NCBI RefSeq assembly: GCF_009914755.1
Contig: NC_060936.1
Reading direction: 5' to 3' (one strand)
Source of the DNA: the human T2T-CHM13v2.0 reference genome, Homo sapiens
DNA: 64,000 bases
Shown here: positions 30,060 to 43,536 of the stretch, one piece after another
Layout: each line of letters starts with the position of its first letter
Position numbering within the stretch: the first letter of the stretch is position 1
Translations under genes and position numbers: made by a program
Notes under the pieces: model-generated
Seen by the model: only the letters and a program-made list of their open reading frames with translations
Told to the model about the DNA's origin: nothing
The model's database searches: none

Positions 30060-30540
30060 TGTAGAGGACTGGATAATTTCTCAAAGATATTAATATCAGG
30101 TCCTATTCCCCAGAACCTGTAAATATTACCTTTTATAGAAAAAAAGGTCTTTTCAGATACAATTAGGTTAAGGATCTTGAGATGAGGCGATTACCCTGCA
30201 TTATCTCAGTGGGCCCTAAGAACTCACAAGTATCCTTATAGAGGGAGGTGGGAGATTTGGCGCAGAGAAGAAGGTAATAACGTTACCATGGAGATAGAGA
30301 TTGGAATGAGGTGGCCACAAATCAAAGAATGCTGCAGTCACCAGAAGCTGAAGGGAGCAAGGAACAGATTCCCCAATAGCACCTCTAGAGGGAGCACAGC
30401 CCTGTTGATGCCTTGGTTTGGAGCTAGTGAAACTGATTTGGGATTTTTGGCTTCCAGGGCTGTGAGATAATACATTTCTGTTGTTTAAAAACCACCGTGT
30501 GTGGTAATTTGTTATAGCAGCCATAGGAAACTAATATACA
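30060..30540 (+). mobile_element. MLT1 (MaLR) solo LTR
   Basis: ttaaggatcttgagatg...ggaacagattccc...ggtaatttgttatagcagccataggaaactaatataca. Confidence 0.85.
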
Positions 30541-30659
30541 CATAACGGAGTTAAAAAATCCTGTTACTGTGACCAGTGTGAACCTGAACAAAATCACTGG
30601 GAGCATTTCCCTTAGGCTGGGATAACTGATGGATATGTTACATTTATATGTATGTATTT

Positions 30660-30706
30660 ATCATCATCATCATCCTCATCATCATCGTCATCATCATCAT
30701 CATCAT
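30660..30706. repeat. Imperfect (CAT)n trinucleotide repeat
   Basis: atcatcatcatcatcctcatcatcatcgtcatcatcatcatcatcat. Confidence 0.93.
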
Positions 30707-32079
30707 GTTCTTACTCTCTACCAGATTATAACCCTTTTTTTTTGTTTACCACTCCATATCCAGGACTTAGCTCAGTAGCTGGCACATAATAATTTCTCTA
30801 CAAATAATTGTTGAATGAAAGAAAAGCATTGCTAAAATAACAGCACAAATAGAAGGAAAACACAAACATTAAATGGTAAAAATAACTATGAGAAAGACTG
30901 CACCAGTAACTAAACTGAATAGTCAAATACCCATTACCAGCAATCTAAATAGAGATTTAGGTCAGTCTGATCCCATGTGTGGGAATGCTTCCCTCATTTA
31001 GAGACTTGCCGTTTAGCACCGACTGACTGTGAGTGTGTTCTGGCACTGACACACTATCAGCACAATCTCGTGTATGCTCAAAGCTCAAGTTGATCTATGA
31101 AGGAATGAGAGACCTGGTGCCCATTCTTGCAGGCTGAAATCACCAGGTGGGAATGTAGTTGTTCTAACCTGTGAACTATAGTTACCTGTGCTATTGAGAT
31201 AGCACGATATTTCCCTGTTCTGCTTTTTAAATTAAAAGATCTCTTATTGTGAGCCAACTCAGAATGAAGGGGGGTAGAATACTCCCTTCTCAGTGTTGCA
31301 AAATATACCAGATCATGCTGCATTGTTTGTGCTCTTCTGAAAGTGACTGGGATAAAACAACATAAATGTACTTCTCTTGGCTTCTTCACAAATGTGAGTG
31401 AAGTGTCACATGATGTCATGCCGAGAATAAAAATTTTCAGCACTTAGAACTGAAATTTCAGCTTGCACTCCTATTTAATTATAACCTAAACAGTCCCCCA
31501 CTCAGCTTCTGAGAAAGGTAAAGCATCTGCTAACGACTTCTAGGAATAGAGAGATTGTGAGAATAGCTTTACTTGAGGTCTCTTAGCTGGAATTAAGCTG
31601 GGGATCTGTGTGCCAGGCCTATAGGGGAACTGAAGACTGAGCTTCTGTCTTTCCCCTCTTCATGCAAGCATCTGCTCCCCTCTAAGGGCCAAGTGGCTTT
31701 AGAGAGTGCTTGTGGACCAGGGCTGTTCAGTTAGCCGGGAATGCAAAGTGCCTGGTGCAAACTGGAATGATGCAGATATGGAACAATTCAAACACATTCA
31801 AACCAAACTCTTCACACATCTGCAGTGGTGAATTAGAGTACTGAGCCATTTGAATCAGAGTAAATTCCTTTTCAAAACCTTACTATCTTTAGAAGTGGTT
31901 TTTAACTTTTTAAAGGTCAAAGTCTCTTATGAGTAGTTAAGAAAAACAACTGATCTCTCTCCACCAAAAATTTACTTATGCAAACCCATAAAGGCTAAGA
32001 AAACTTGATCTTTTCTACATTGTACATGAAAGTACTAATTTATTAATGGCTAAGATATTTATTTACCTTAAATTATGAT

Positions 32080-32290
32080 TAATAAGGCTAGACTGCCTGA
32101 GTTAGAATCTCTAGTTCTGCCATTTAGTAGCTATAGGAGATTGGGCAAGTTGCTTGATCTCTCTCTTCCTCAGTTTCTTCATTTGTAAAATGGGACTGAT
32201 GATAATAACACCTACCACTGAGGATCATTACGGGTAAATAATGAATTCATTATGTAGAGTGCTTACAGCAGTGTCTGGCATTCAACAAAT
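32080..32290 (+). mobile_element. MIR
   Basis: ttgggcaagttgcttgatctctct...cctcagtttcttcatttgtaaaatggga. Confidence 0.8.
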
Positions 32291-33859
32291 ATATAGAGAG
32301 CTTTGACTATATACAGGGACTGTTCTAAGAATTGGGATAAGGCAATGAATACAAATTACTGCCATCATTGGAACATGCATTTTATTGTGAAACTTAAATC
32401 TTGCAGTGTAGTTCATAGCAATTAAAAAAACTTTTTATGTTTTCTCTTTGTTCCGACACAGATAAATAAGATCTTAATACAGATTTCCCCTCTGGGATGC
32501 TGTAGCTTCACAGAGCTCGAATCTACAGTTCTAATTTTTATTTCATCTTCATCCCACACCTGATAGCCATTCTGCATAAGTAATTTGGGCTGTGAGTACT
32601 TACTTTCAACTTGATATAGGTATTTATAAAATGTAAAAAAAGCCGATGGCAGGAAAACAATTTATTCTGTCCCATCCCTAAACTTTTATTCACTCATCTG
32701 TTATGCTTAAAAATCAATTAGCAATCTGTATACACTGTATAGACAATTTTATTTAGTTTTAACTGTAAAGCTAGGTAAATTCAGCTGCAATTTCCCACCA
32801 ATGGTGCTCTAAGACAATGTTTGCATTTCAGAAGCAAATGAGGGCTTCTTTTCAGTATGCCATATTTTTTTTAAGTCCTCATGCTTATATTTTATCTTTC
32901 TATCCTTTTCTTTCCTGTTCCTCACCTGCCTCTCTCCCATCAGTACCAGTAAAATATCACCTTTTGGACTTTCTTGCTTTATAAAAATAAATAAATAATT
33001 ATAGATTTAAGAGAAGTTGAAAAGTAATGTACAGGGACATCACATGCATCCTTTACCCAGCTTTCCCCAATATTAACATCTTACAAAATCATATTAAACC
33101 AGCGAATTGGAATTGGTACAATTCAGAGAGCTTACTCAGATTTCAGTGGGATTTGTTTTTAACATAACCAGTTATTACATTTGGTAAGCATCAGTTATGA
33201 TTGCAGTAAAGGTTGAAATCCACTTTCTCACCTGCGTGCACGTGTGCACGTGTGTCTTTGGATGTGAGTTCATGTGTGCTTTTGTGTGTATCCATTGGGT
33301 TGTGTGTGTGACAGAGGGACAGAGAGAGAGAGGGAGGAAACACTCCTGGCCCTACTCTTTCATGAGACTGTGTTTCTGAGGAACAAATGAGAGAACATAA
33401 TGTAAATACTGTTAAAAAAAACTATAAAGTACTAAATAAATAAAACATATATTGTGTTAGATTTCTCATCTTTCCATTCAGAAAAAAATGTCTTATGAAT
33501 AGGGTACACAGAGCATAGGTAGAGCCTACTCATCTGCCTCAGAGTGTAAGGCAGCATGTGTGTGTTGGTCAGGGGAGGGTTATATGGTACTCTCAGCAGA
33601 ATCCCATTGGAAGACATAGAATCACATAGTCACAGACTTAGAAGGGACTTTGGGGCCAACCATTCCAACTCTGTACATGGTACTCATATTTTGAAATACT
33701 CTGATCAGGTGGTCTCCTAATCTCTGATTAAAACTTCAAATGATGAGCAAATTCTGCCTTATGATTTAGTCTTTCTCCATTTAGAGAGCTTTAAGTGTTT
33801 AAAAGCTCTTTATTATAATAAGATGACTACCCCATGACTTTTACACACTGGTCTTGGTT

Positions 33860-33874
33860 CTGCCATCTGGTGCC
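33860..33874 (-). promoter_or_regulatory. Candidate CTCF core motif
   Basis: Minus strand GCACCAGATGGCAG matches 13/14 of CCASYAGRKGGCRS. Motif only; occupancy unknown. Confidence 0.3.
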
Positions 33875-34044
33875 CCATACAATGGATGATAGCTGAAGAC
33901 AGTCATCATTCCCCTAAATATTCTCTTCTCCACTATAAACAATTCAAGTCATTCTTTAACATGTTCCTCATATAAAAGGTTGCTCTTCTCTGGGTGAGCT
34001 TATTTTTCTTTGCAAGGATGGAATGAGCACAATAGGGTGTGAGC

Positions 34045-34244
34045 TTAAGCCCAGGAGGCAGAGGTTGCAGTGAGCTGAGATCATACCACTGCACTCCAGC
34101 CTGGGCGACAGAGTGAGACCATGAGAAAGAAAGAAAGAAAAAAGAAAAGAAAAGAAAAGAAATGAAAAGAAAGAGGGAGGGAAGGAAGGAAGGAAGGAAG
34201 GAAGGAAGGAAGGAAGGAAGGAAGGAAGGAAGGAGGGAAAGAAA
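34045..34244 (+). mobile_element. Alu 3' fragment with tail expanded into (GAAA)n/(GGAA)n
   Basis: cccaggaggcagaggttgcagtgagc...gagacc followed by purine microsatellite at 34123-34244. Confidence 0.9.
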
Positions 34245-37200
34245 GTACGAACAGCACCCTCAAGAGCTGGACCAATCTCTTTCTGTGTTCTATACAAGAT
34301 ATTTATATCAGAGCCCCTACAATCACATTATGTTTTGTCCCCCTCCCTCAACTTGCTTTATATTCCTCTTGAAATCAACATTAAAATTCCCTAAAATTTT
34401 TTTCCCCAGGCTTTGATATTTAGTTGTTCCTCCCTGATTCTGCATATATGTAGCTAGTTTTTTTGGGCACAGGAGCAGGACTTCACGAAGATTCTTATTA
34501 AAATAGGCCTATTGTACCATTCTATTGAGACTTTTTATATCCTGACTCTATCACTAAATATATTTACGGTTGCCGCTGGCTCCACATTGGCTGCAACCCT
34601 TATAAATAGTCCTTGAGTTCTCTCTTAAAATTGCGGAGAAAACACTTGAGCATAAAAGGGTGAAAAGGAGATCATTAGAAAGCTATAAATTCTTACTGTA
34701 ACATTTTGACCTCCTATTAATGTTAAATTTTAATTCAGCATTCAGTTGTAAGGTTTCACTGAGGATTGATATAAGAAGTAGCCATACACCAAAGGCCTCT
34801 GTATTTTCTATGGAATTGTATTAGGTGGTTCAATGTCTCATTTGTAACATTCCCATGGGAAATTTCTCTTGGTGCCTAGGGATAGAAAAAATTTTCTCTC
34901 CCAATGATTGCTGAGCTGACATGAGTTTCCATCTGTTTTTGACTTCTTAGAAGCTAGGAGGAAAAAATCAATTGTTCAATTGCTGTATTTTGTCTTTATT
35001 TTTATTTATTGATTTCCCCCCCTTTCCATCACACTTTATAACCTAACATTCCATGTTAATAGTTCTGTGTGTGTATATATATATTTCTGTCCTATTTAAA
35101 AAGTAAAGAAATTATTCCATGGACATTTAAACATCTGAAAAGACATCTGATGTGTTGTCCTGCTTATCTTTGATTGTTTGTCTAGTTTTATATTTTGCCT
35201 GCATTTAGAAAAAGTATATGTCATGGATCTGCCTAAATATATATATAATTTAAAGTTCAGAGAACTTATACTAAAGTAGTTAAGGTTTGCTTTAGCCCTC
35301 CAAAGCACTTCCTTTCATAATTTCTCAGTTTAGAATGGCATGTTCTGAAAATCTTCCATATTTAATCTCCTGAAATTGTACCTTATTTAAAGCCAAAAAT
35401 ATAAATCATTCAATCATTTGCTAATCTTTTCTTTTTTGGCCTTTCCATTACAGATTTTTTTTTTCATTAAATATTGTTACCTGCCTAGAATTATTTACAC
35501 TGATAAAACCTCTGGGCTCAGTGTTTGTTAGAAGCCCAGAGTTCTAGAATTGGATTAACTATTATTTGTGTGACTATGAACAAGTCACTGGGTCATGAAG
35601 TCTCTTATTTACAGAAAACTGCTTTTTGATGAACACCTGGTCAATATTAGGCATTGTTAAAGAGCACATAACTTACTTTTAAACAGTTTAAAATAGGTAG
35701 TTTATAATATATAGTTTGACTATATGAATGTGTAATACTTTAACCTTCAACTTTAGGAGCTTAATAAACCAGTCTAGGGTAGTTAGCCAGCATTAGCATT
35801 AGATTGAAAGATAATACTCTAGAGGTGGCTACTATATGAGTAGCTGTTGCACCTACTTCAATGAAAAAATGATGCTTTACTTATTAGCAAGAATATGTCA
35901 GAAATGGATTTTCTTTGGTGAAATTAGTAGCCCATTAACTAGCAAAATAAATGTTATAAATGGAACTTAATTGGTAAGATGAGAGGTTTAAATATATGTG
36001 GGATATTACAATCTTGGAGACATTCCTCACCTTTGCATGAAGAGGATATAAAAATCTTAGGGAGGCCCATGGCCTATACCATAGGATTAATGACCAAAGT
36101 TTGATCACTAAACTACCCTATTTTCAACTGTCAATCTAATAGGATTTCTGATTGTCTGATGCTGAATATAAGGGTAACAAAGTTGTCTCATCTGCCTCAC
36201 GTGAACCTTTTTCTAAGGTTATGATTAGAACACCTAAATGGACAGAGACCTGGGGTTGTATCAAATTTATGGAAGGGGTTGTGAGTCGAACACTGCCTTC
36301 TTGCTAATTAACGTTTGCTAACATATGCTTATATATGTAGCAGAGTTTGCCATAAGACTTACTTTTAACCTAACTAGCAAAAGCAGTATCACTGGGAGGT
36401 TGTTAATCCTCACCAACCTCAACCTTCACCAGTAGCCACATTTACCTGTCAAAGGTTTGTATGACCAAATTAACACAGGATAGCTCTCAACAAACATTTT
36501 GCCTCGTTTTATTCTTCATCAGAGCCCTTCAAATTAGTTACTATTCCCTTTTTTCAGATAAGGGGATTAAAGTTTAGGGGATACTAATCCATAATCATAT
36601 GAATATTGAGTGGTAGAACCTTATGTGTTTGATTCCAGATAAGGTAACTGCCACCTCCCAGGTATATCAAAACATCATTGCAAGGAATGGGTAAGTAATT
36701 ATGAAATGCGTACAGTGTGTTCCCTGCAAATGTTTATGCTAAACAAGGTCTGTTTAGCTCCCTTATAAGAAAGCTCAAAGTCAACCACGTATTAAATTTA
36801 TTATATATATATATATTCTTACTTTACACAATTATAATTACTGTTAATATACTTTGAAATTTTTTAAACTTTTCATACTGTTTTTAAATCTATACCTTAT
36901 TTGATTTATATAATATATTCAGAGAAATTGCAAGTTCATACTCTGGGGCATAAGCCTCTATGTGACGCAATTGTGTGACCTACCTCTAGAGTCCTCTACC
37001 AGAAAGTTAGACTCTGAAATTATCACTTGAAACATGCTTTGAAAAAGTCACAGTTATCTAAAGGTCAATAAAAAGCTTATCTCAAAACATTATTACATAG
37101 AAAAAAGTAAGTAGTAATTGGAATGCTGAAGTGATAGAAAATATTCATGGGTTGAGAATTTTGATATACATTAGAGGACAGCAGAGTTGAAGGAATAGTT

Positions 37201-37783
37201 TTGGGTTCTATGAAACTACTAGTCAGTCTAAAAATAAGAAACAAATGAATAAAATTCAAGATATGAATACAGAAGAATTTCATTCTACAGTTACCAATAA
37301 AATATCATGTTCCAATTACATTTGATTTTGGATATTGTGTCCCAAGCATAAATCAATCTGGCCACAAATAACTGAAATCGAGTTTATATATTAAAATCCT
37401 TAAGTTCTTAGAAAAAAGATCTTAGGTTAATCGAAAGGTAACATTGATAAGTTTCTGTTTATATTTCTGAAATGTATGCTTTTAGGTAATTTATGTTTAA
37501 TATAAGTGGATGTTATAGGGAGAAAATGTTTGTTTCATAGGAAACAATTTCTTTAGCAACTCCTTATTACAAGTGGAAGTGGTGGCATCCAGAGAATATA
37601 AGTTATGAGAAAATGTATATTCATACTTTTACTTTAAAATGTTACATATTTTAATTTACTCTAATTTCATTTAAAAACGAAAGCATATATTATGAATAGG
37701 TAATTTAATCAAACTCTTTTTTGGAGGAAGGCTAATATGTTTTTATTATACTATAGCTGTAGATCTGGCTTCAAGAATTTTGA

Positions 37784-38150
<367 letters not shown>

Positions 38151-38552
38151 TTAAAATGAAAAACCCACACACATTACAAAGTAAGGAGCTATATCTTTAT
38201 TCTTAAAATGTATGTATTTGCTTATAGTAACTTAGGATAAAAAGTATCTTGAAATTACTGTATTCTTGTAAATGTTACTTGGAGTATTATGGGAAGAAAG
38301 TCAGCTAGTTGGATTAATTTCCTGGGATGTTTTTTCAACTCACTGATATTTATCATAACTGAACATAATGAAATGAGACATAAAAATTAGATTGCAGCTT
38401 TTATAGGTTTAATATCCATCAATGCTTAGAAAGCTGGTTAGACATAAAATGAATATTTATTCTAGGTTTTCAACGTTGACTTCAGTAATAGCAGGGGGCA
38501 AAAAAAAAGAATGTGCTTAAGGAGAAAATCTCTGGTTATTTTATAAACATAC

Positions 38553-38762
38553 CACTCCGTTCACTGATAGCAGCTGGTCTCCTCTTTTGAGGCCTCCGTG
38601 TCTTTCAGCCACCCCTCCAGGAATTATGCGAGAGATATAAATGGGGGAATTTTGCTCCTTTCCTCCCATCACATTAAAACCAAGGCCTTCATCAGTCTTT
38701 GGCAGTTCAACTACTCGAGGGTGGGAGTGGCCTTCACTAGCTGCAAAAGCTGCAACTGTTGC
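38553..38762 (-). CDS. LIN7A: LIN7A internal coding exon (210 nt, phase 0-0): linker and N-terminal half of PDZ
   Basis: Translates [70 protein letters not shown] (contains GLGF). Acceptor T15-cag|GCA; donor GTG|gtatgt. Confidence 0.98.
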
Positions 38763-41073
38763 CTGAAAAAAAAAAAAAAAGATGGTCTTTTGGTAATAAA
38801 ATGAGGGAAATAAAGGCTAATCATATGCTTTGCAGTGGGTAGCTCAGGCAACTTCTCATATTTTTATAGTATTCTCCTGTGAAAGAAAGAACACAAAAAG
38901 CAGAGGACTTTCTTCATTTAGATGCCATCTAGGATTTCTTTCTTTGGTAAAGTCCCACTCATCTATTTCCAGCTTCCTAGGGCTTATCTGTTATGACAGA
39001 ATTTTCCTGTCTTCATAAAAATCCTTTCCAGTTACCTTGGTTAGCTGCAATTCTTCCTATTCCTGGAGTCCAAATAACTTTGTTATATGTACTATCTACT
39101 ATTATAATTATTTTATACATGTGTTGACTATGAGCACCTTAAGAGCAGAGATGGCGTCTTGCACTCTTTTGTATGACACAGAGTCTAATCTGGTGCTTGC
39201 ACATAAAAGTTCATAAGTATTTTTTTAATAAATTGAAGAGCACTTGTATGTATACATACTTTTGAATACATATGTAATCTTGCTATTGCCAACCCAAAAG
39301 CTTAGCAAATTTAACTTTTTTAAAAAATTAAGGATGCCTTAAAGAGAATGAAAACTAAAATAAAATAATAGATTCAAACAGATTATTGTTAGCTTATACC
39401 AATATACCATATTATTATTCCATACTGAGAAATCTTATCTGGAACAGGATTTTTCTTCCTATATTATACATTAATATTTCAATTATTATAACAAAATAGG
39501 CAATATGAAGTCAATGATTTTATACCTAGATATACAAAACATCATTTAATATGGACATAATTTGTTTTAAAATTCATGTACTGATTTCATTAAATGAGTT
39601 CAAGAAAACAACTTACCATTAGTTCCCACTAACCCCATAGAAATAAAATAACAGCACTTAGGTAGTTTCTATCAAGAAATGATTCTGTGCCTGCTTATTT
39701 TTCACTTTTATTAATTCACCTTGATCACAGTTGATTAGATGCCTGCTATAAAGTGACTTACTCAACACTGTGAAAATATTTATTCCCAACGACTGTACCT
39801 TCTTTTCCACACACAGCATTATCACATCAATTTAGCATTATGCTACTGTCTGCATTTAGTGAAAGATAGTGAATGACATGAAAACAATGGCTTGTTTTTA
39901 GCTACATGCATTTGCTCATGCAAACCTCATTGTCATGCATAGATTTTAATGGCTGACATGGATGCAATGCAGACAGCCCAGAAACAACCAGAAAATACTG
40001 TGCTATTGCAACATTATGCTGCTATCCTGCTGTTCTACATGAATAAGAAATGAGAATGGTAAAACACTACACAATTCACTTTCCCCTTAATTAAACCACG
40101 TAGGGATCATTTTTCTGTGTGTGTTCCACTTCAGTACAAGCAAAGCATGACATGATGATAATAACACCCTCTTTTTTTCCCTGAGTTTAAACAAAACAAA
40201 ACAAAACAAAAAAACCTTACAAATCTACAGTGTTCAGTTACAGAGTAAAAACTAAAAAATCAAGAGAGAAACTAAACAAGCGTTGATGTAACACAAAATA
40301 ATTAAATGGAAAATTCTACTCATTTTCAATGGTTATTTCTTATACATTATTAGAAAAATAAAGTATTTTTAAAAGCAAGTCATGTTTCTATTATAACATT
40401 TGTGTGTTTGTAAAAGAAGAGCTGCATCAGTGATTTTAGTTTAAAATTGGTATTTCCTAATGGCCTATTTTCCTGATAATTTCCTGATGTTATCGGTATA
40501 ACATTTCCATTAGTAGGGTCTCTACAGTCTCTGGATTTGAGTCTTTAAAGGGCAGATGTGGTCACTACCACAAAAGGTGACAGGCGTTTTCTATAAGGTC
40601 TATGCCACATCCTTTCAGCAAGTTACCCACTGCTCAGCTGAATACACAGAAGTATCCTAGATCAGTGGGTGTCAGGTGAATTCTTTTCCTGTCTATTTGA
40701 AATCAAATCTTTAGACCGGTGCAAATAAATCTTCATGCACTGAATATGATACAGGTTCTTTCAGATCAGAAGAATGTGTCTGAAAATCATATAGTATTTC
40801 ACACAATGAACCAGTAGATTTGCTTGTGCCAAATGGACATTAAGTGAGTTTAATGAAATCATTCTCCTTTCTTAAGCTACAGAAGCAGCAGAAACGTTCA
40901 ATTTTCCATTAGGATTTTTACCTGAGAAGTAGTACTGGTTCTAGACTCTGGGCTGCCACTGATGTCTAAATTCTCTTACAGTGTACACACGAGAATACCT
41001 GAAACACACACGCGCACAATCAATTACTAGATAACTGGGGTCAAGTATATTTTTAAAGTTACTCAAGCCTTAC

Positions 41074-41145
41074 CTTTGCTGTTGCCCTCGCACGGAATTC
41101 GGGACAGCCATTAACAGTTATCGTTTCATGCATATATTGATACAC
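41074..41145 (-). CDS. LIN7A: LIN7A internal coding exon (72 nt, phase 0-0): end of L27 domain/linker
   Basis: Translates VYQYMHETITVNGCPEFRARATAK. Acceptor ttttag|GTG; donor AAG|gtaagg. Joins in frame to the 210-nt exon. Confidence 0.97.
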
Positions 41146-43330
41146 CTAAAATGTTCACATAAAAAGAAGAATGTGTAAGAACATGAAGAATAATAATTCT
41201 TTTATTGCAGAAAGAAAATTATATTTTCACTGTAGGAAAAAAATTCTCTATTGCAAAATAACATAGGTCTGATGTTTGGGAATGTACCTGATAGCACTCC
41301 TTAAACAGCAGATATTATTACTCATTGTGATTTTAGATACAATTACAGAAATCATTAAAATGTAGTAGAAAAAAATTGTTTCTTATAAACTTCCAGGGAT
41401 GGGATTATAAAATCTTTGTATCTATGGTAAAATAAATTGCTTAAACTAAAGTACAGAAAAAAAAAAACTTAAAGGATGCCTTGAGGAAGATGTTTGGAAA
41501 AAAGTAACAAGGTTAAATGTGTTGGACTATATGTTCATTTTGGATTTAAATAGTATACGTAAAAATTTATTGCATAATGCATAGCAATAAAAGTCCATTT
41601 GGTACTAGGCTAGAGTATTTTTGGGGAGTGATCCATTAGCTATTTCAGTAAAAAAGGAAAGGGAAAAACTGCAATCGAAGGTTGAAAGGTTTTTTTCTTC
41701 CTTTATATTAATCTTATTTTACATGCTTAACTCAAAAATTAAATAAGTGAATCCAACATTTGATTAATTCACCCATTCAACAACTATTTGTTGAGTGTCT
41801 GGGACTAATCTCTTCCCTGCATTTTTGACTGGCTCATAATTTCTCAAATACATTTGGTTGAATCTCCACTAACGCTGACTCATCTTTCCCAGGTGACATG
41901 GTTAGAAGGAAATTGACAAAGTAGTCTGTACTAAAAAGGCAACAGTGCAATTCAGAATCTAACTTTTAGCTCTGAATCTCCACTTAACAATTATGAGGTG
42001 TTCAATTTCTATGGGAAATCTGAATGGAGACAGGAACAAGTTTCCAGAAGATCATTTATGGAATCTGAGATATGTTACTGCAAATTCTCCAGGTTACCTG
42101 AACAGCTGCTAAACGTACTTCCAGATTATTTCCTTGGAAATGCATTATTTTGTTTCATAGAGACAGCCTTTCCAAAAATAAATTATACTATTTGCTCTAA
42201 TAGCCCATTTCAGAGGAGGATTTTCCCTGCCCTGCTTCTCTTGTAATAAACTCTCTCAAATCTGACCCTTCATTCCACCCTAGCTCATTATCTCTTGCTG
42301 CAAGCATTGCATTAGTGACTTAATTGGGTCTCCCTGCCATCAAACCATATACACTTTGGTGATCATCAAGTACCTACCTGACCATGTCCCTGCTGTGCTC
42401 TTGGCTGTCTGCTGCCCTTACTGCAAAGGTGATAAGGGCAAATACCTACAGGAGTCAAGCCACAGATAATAATGCAGAACTCAGCCTTCTCTCTAGTTTT
42501 ATTTTCCTGTTTTCTTTTCTCCACCCCCACCATTCCTCAAACATATTGAACTCTCCAAGTTACCTAGGTCTCTGCACATGCCGTTTACTCTGCTAGGAAT
42601 GCCCTTCCACCTGGCAGACTCTTATTCATCCAAATTTAATATGATGATAAAAGGTCAAATTCAAATATTGTCTCCTCTATTAAATGTTTTCTGCCTCCCT
42701 CAAGCAGAGTGAGTCTCTCCACAGTTCCTGGTCATCTGAATTTGTTTGAAGTTATTTTGGTTAACATTGCCAGGGAAAGTGACTTTGCCTGCATCCAAGG
42801 ATGTTTATGAAGACAATCATTTAGCAAATAATTGGAATATTGTCATCAATTGAATAAAACAAAAGGTGATTTTGTAAGTGCTGGAGATAAATACCTGTAC
42901 CTAATAAATATCACAAATTAAGAATAATTAGCCTTAAGACCCCAAATTGATTTTGAATTAGAAAGTGGTATATTCAAGGAGCAATACTGTGTAGTAGATA
43001 ATTTCACAGACTCTGAAGATGGCTTGGAAGCAAACCGTAGCTGTACCATTTAATTGTATGATGTTTGTCAGTCACTTGATTTCTCTGATCCTCAATTTCC
43101 TCATTTTAAAAATGTGCCTTAAAATAGTAAGTAACTTCTAGGTCTGTTATGAGGATTAAATAAGATAAGAACAATTTGCCATGTTTAGTATGTTTCCAAA
43201 AGTTAGCTATCATTGTTATGCTGTTGCTGGCATTTGATGTTTCTCATCTTATTTGACCATGGATCTTTTGGGGAAAATCTCCTAAGATGAGCAGTTCGTG
43301 AACACTGTTTACATAGAATTGATCAAGGGC

Positions 43331-43536
43331 TGTAGTTCTCAACTGGGGACAATGTTGCCCTTCAGGAGACATTTGGCAATGTCTGGAGGCATTTTTGGTT
43401 GTCATAAATGGGATGCTACTGCATCTAGCATGTGGTGGCCAAGGATGCTGCTAAATTCCTACAATGCACAGTGAAGCCTCACAGAACAAAGAATTATCTG
43501 CCAAAATGTCAATAGGGCTGAGATTGAGAAATCCTG
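43331..43536. mobile_element. MER20 hAT element
   Basis: gttctcaactgggg...acatttggcaatgtctggag...ttgagaaatcctg. Confidence 0.85.

Noticed and set aside
33229-33255. CACCTG plus tandem CACGTG E-boxes
   Set aside because: Embedded in TG-rich low-complexity sequence, so most likely a decayed microsatellite.
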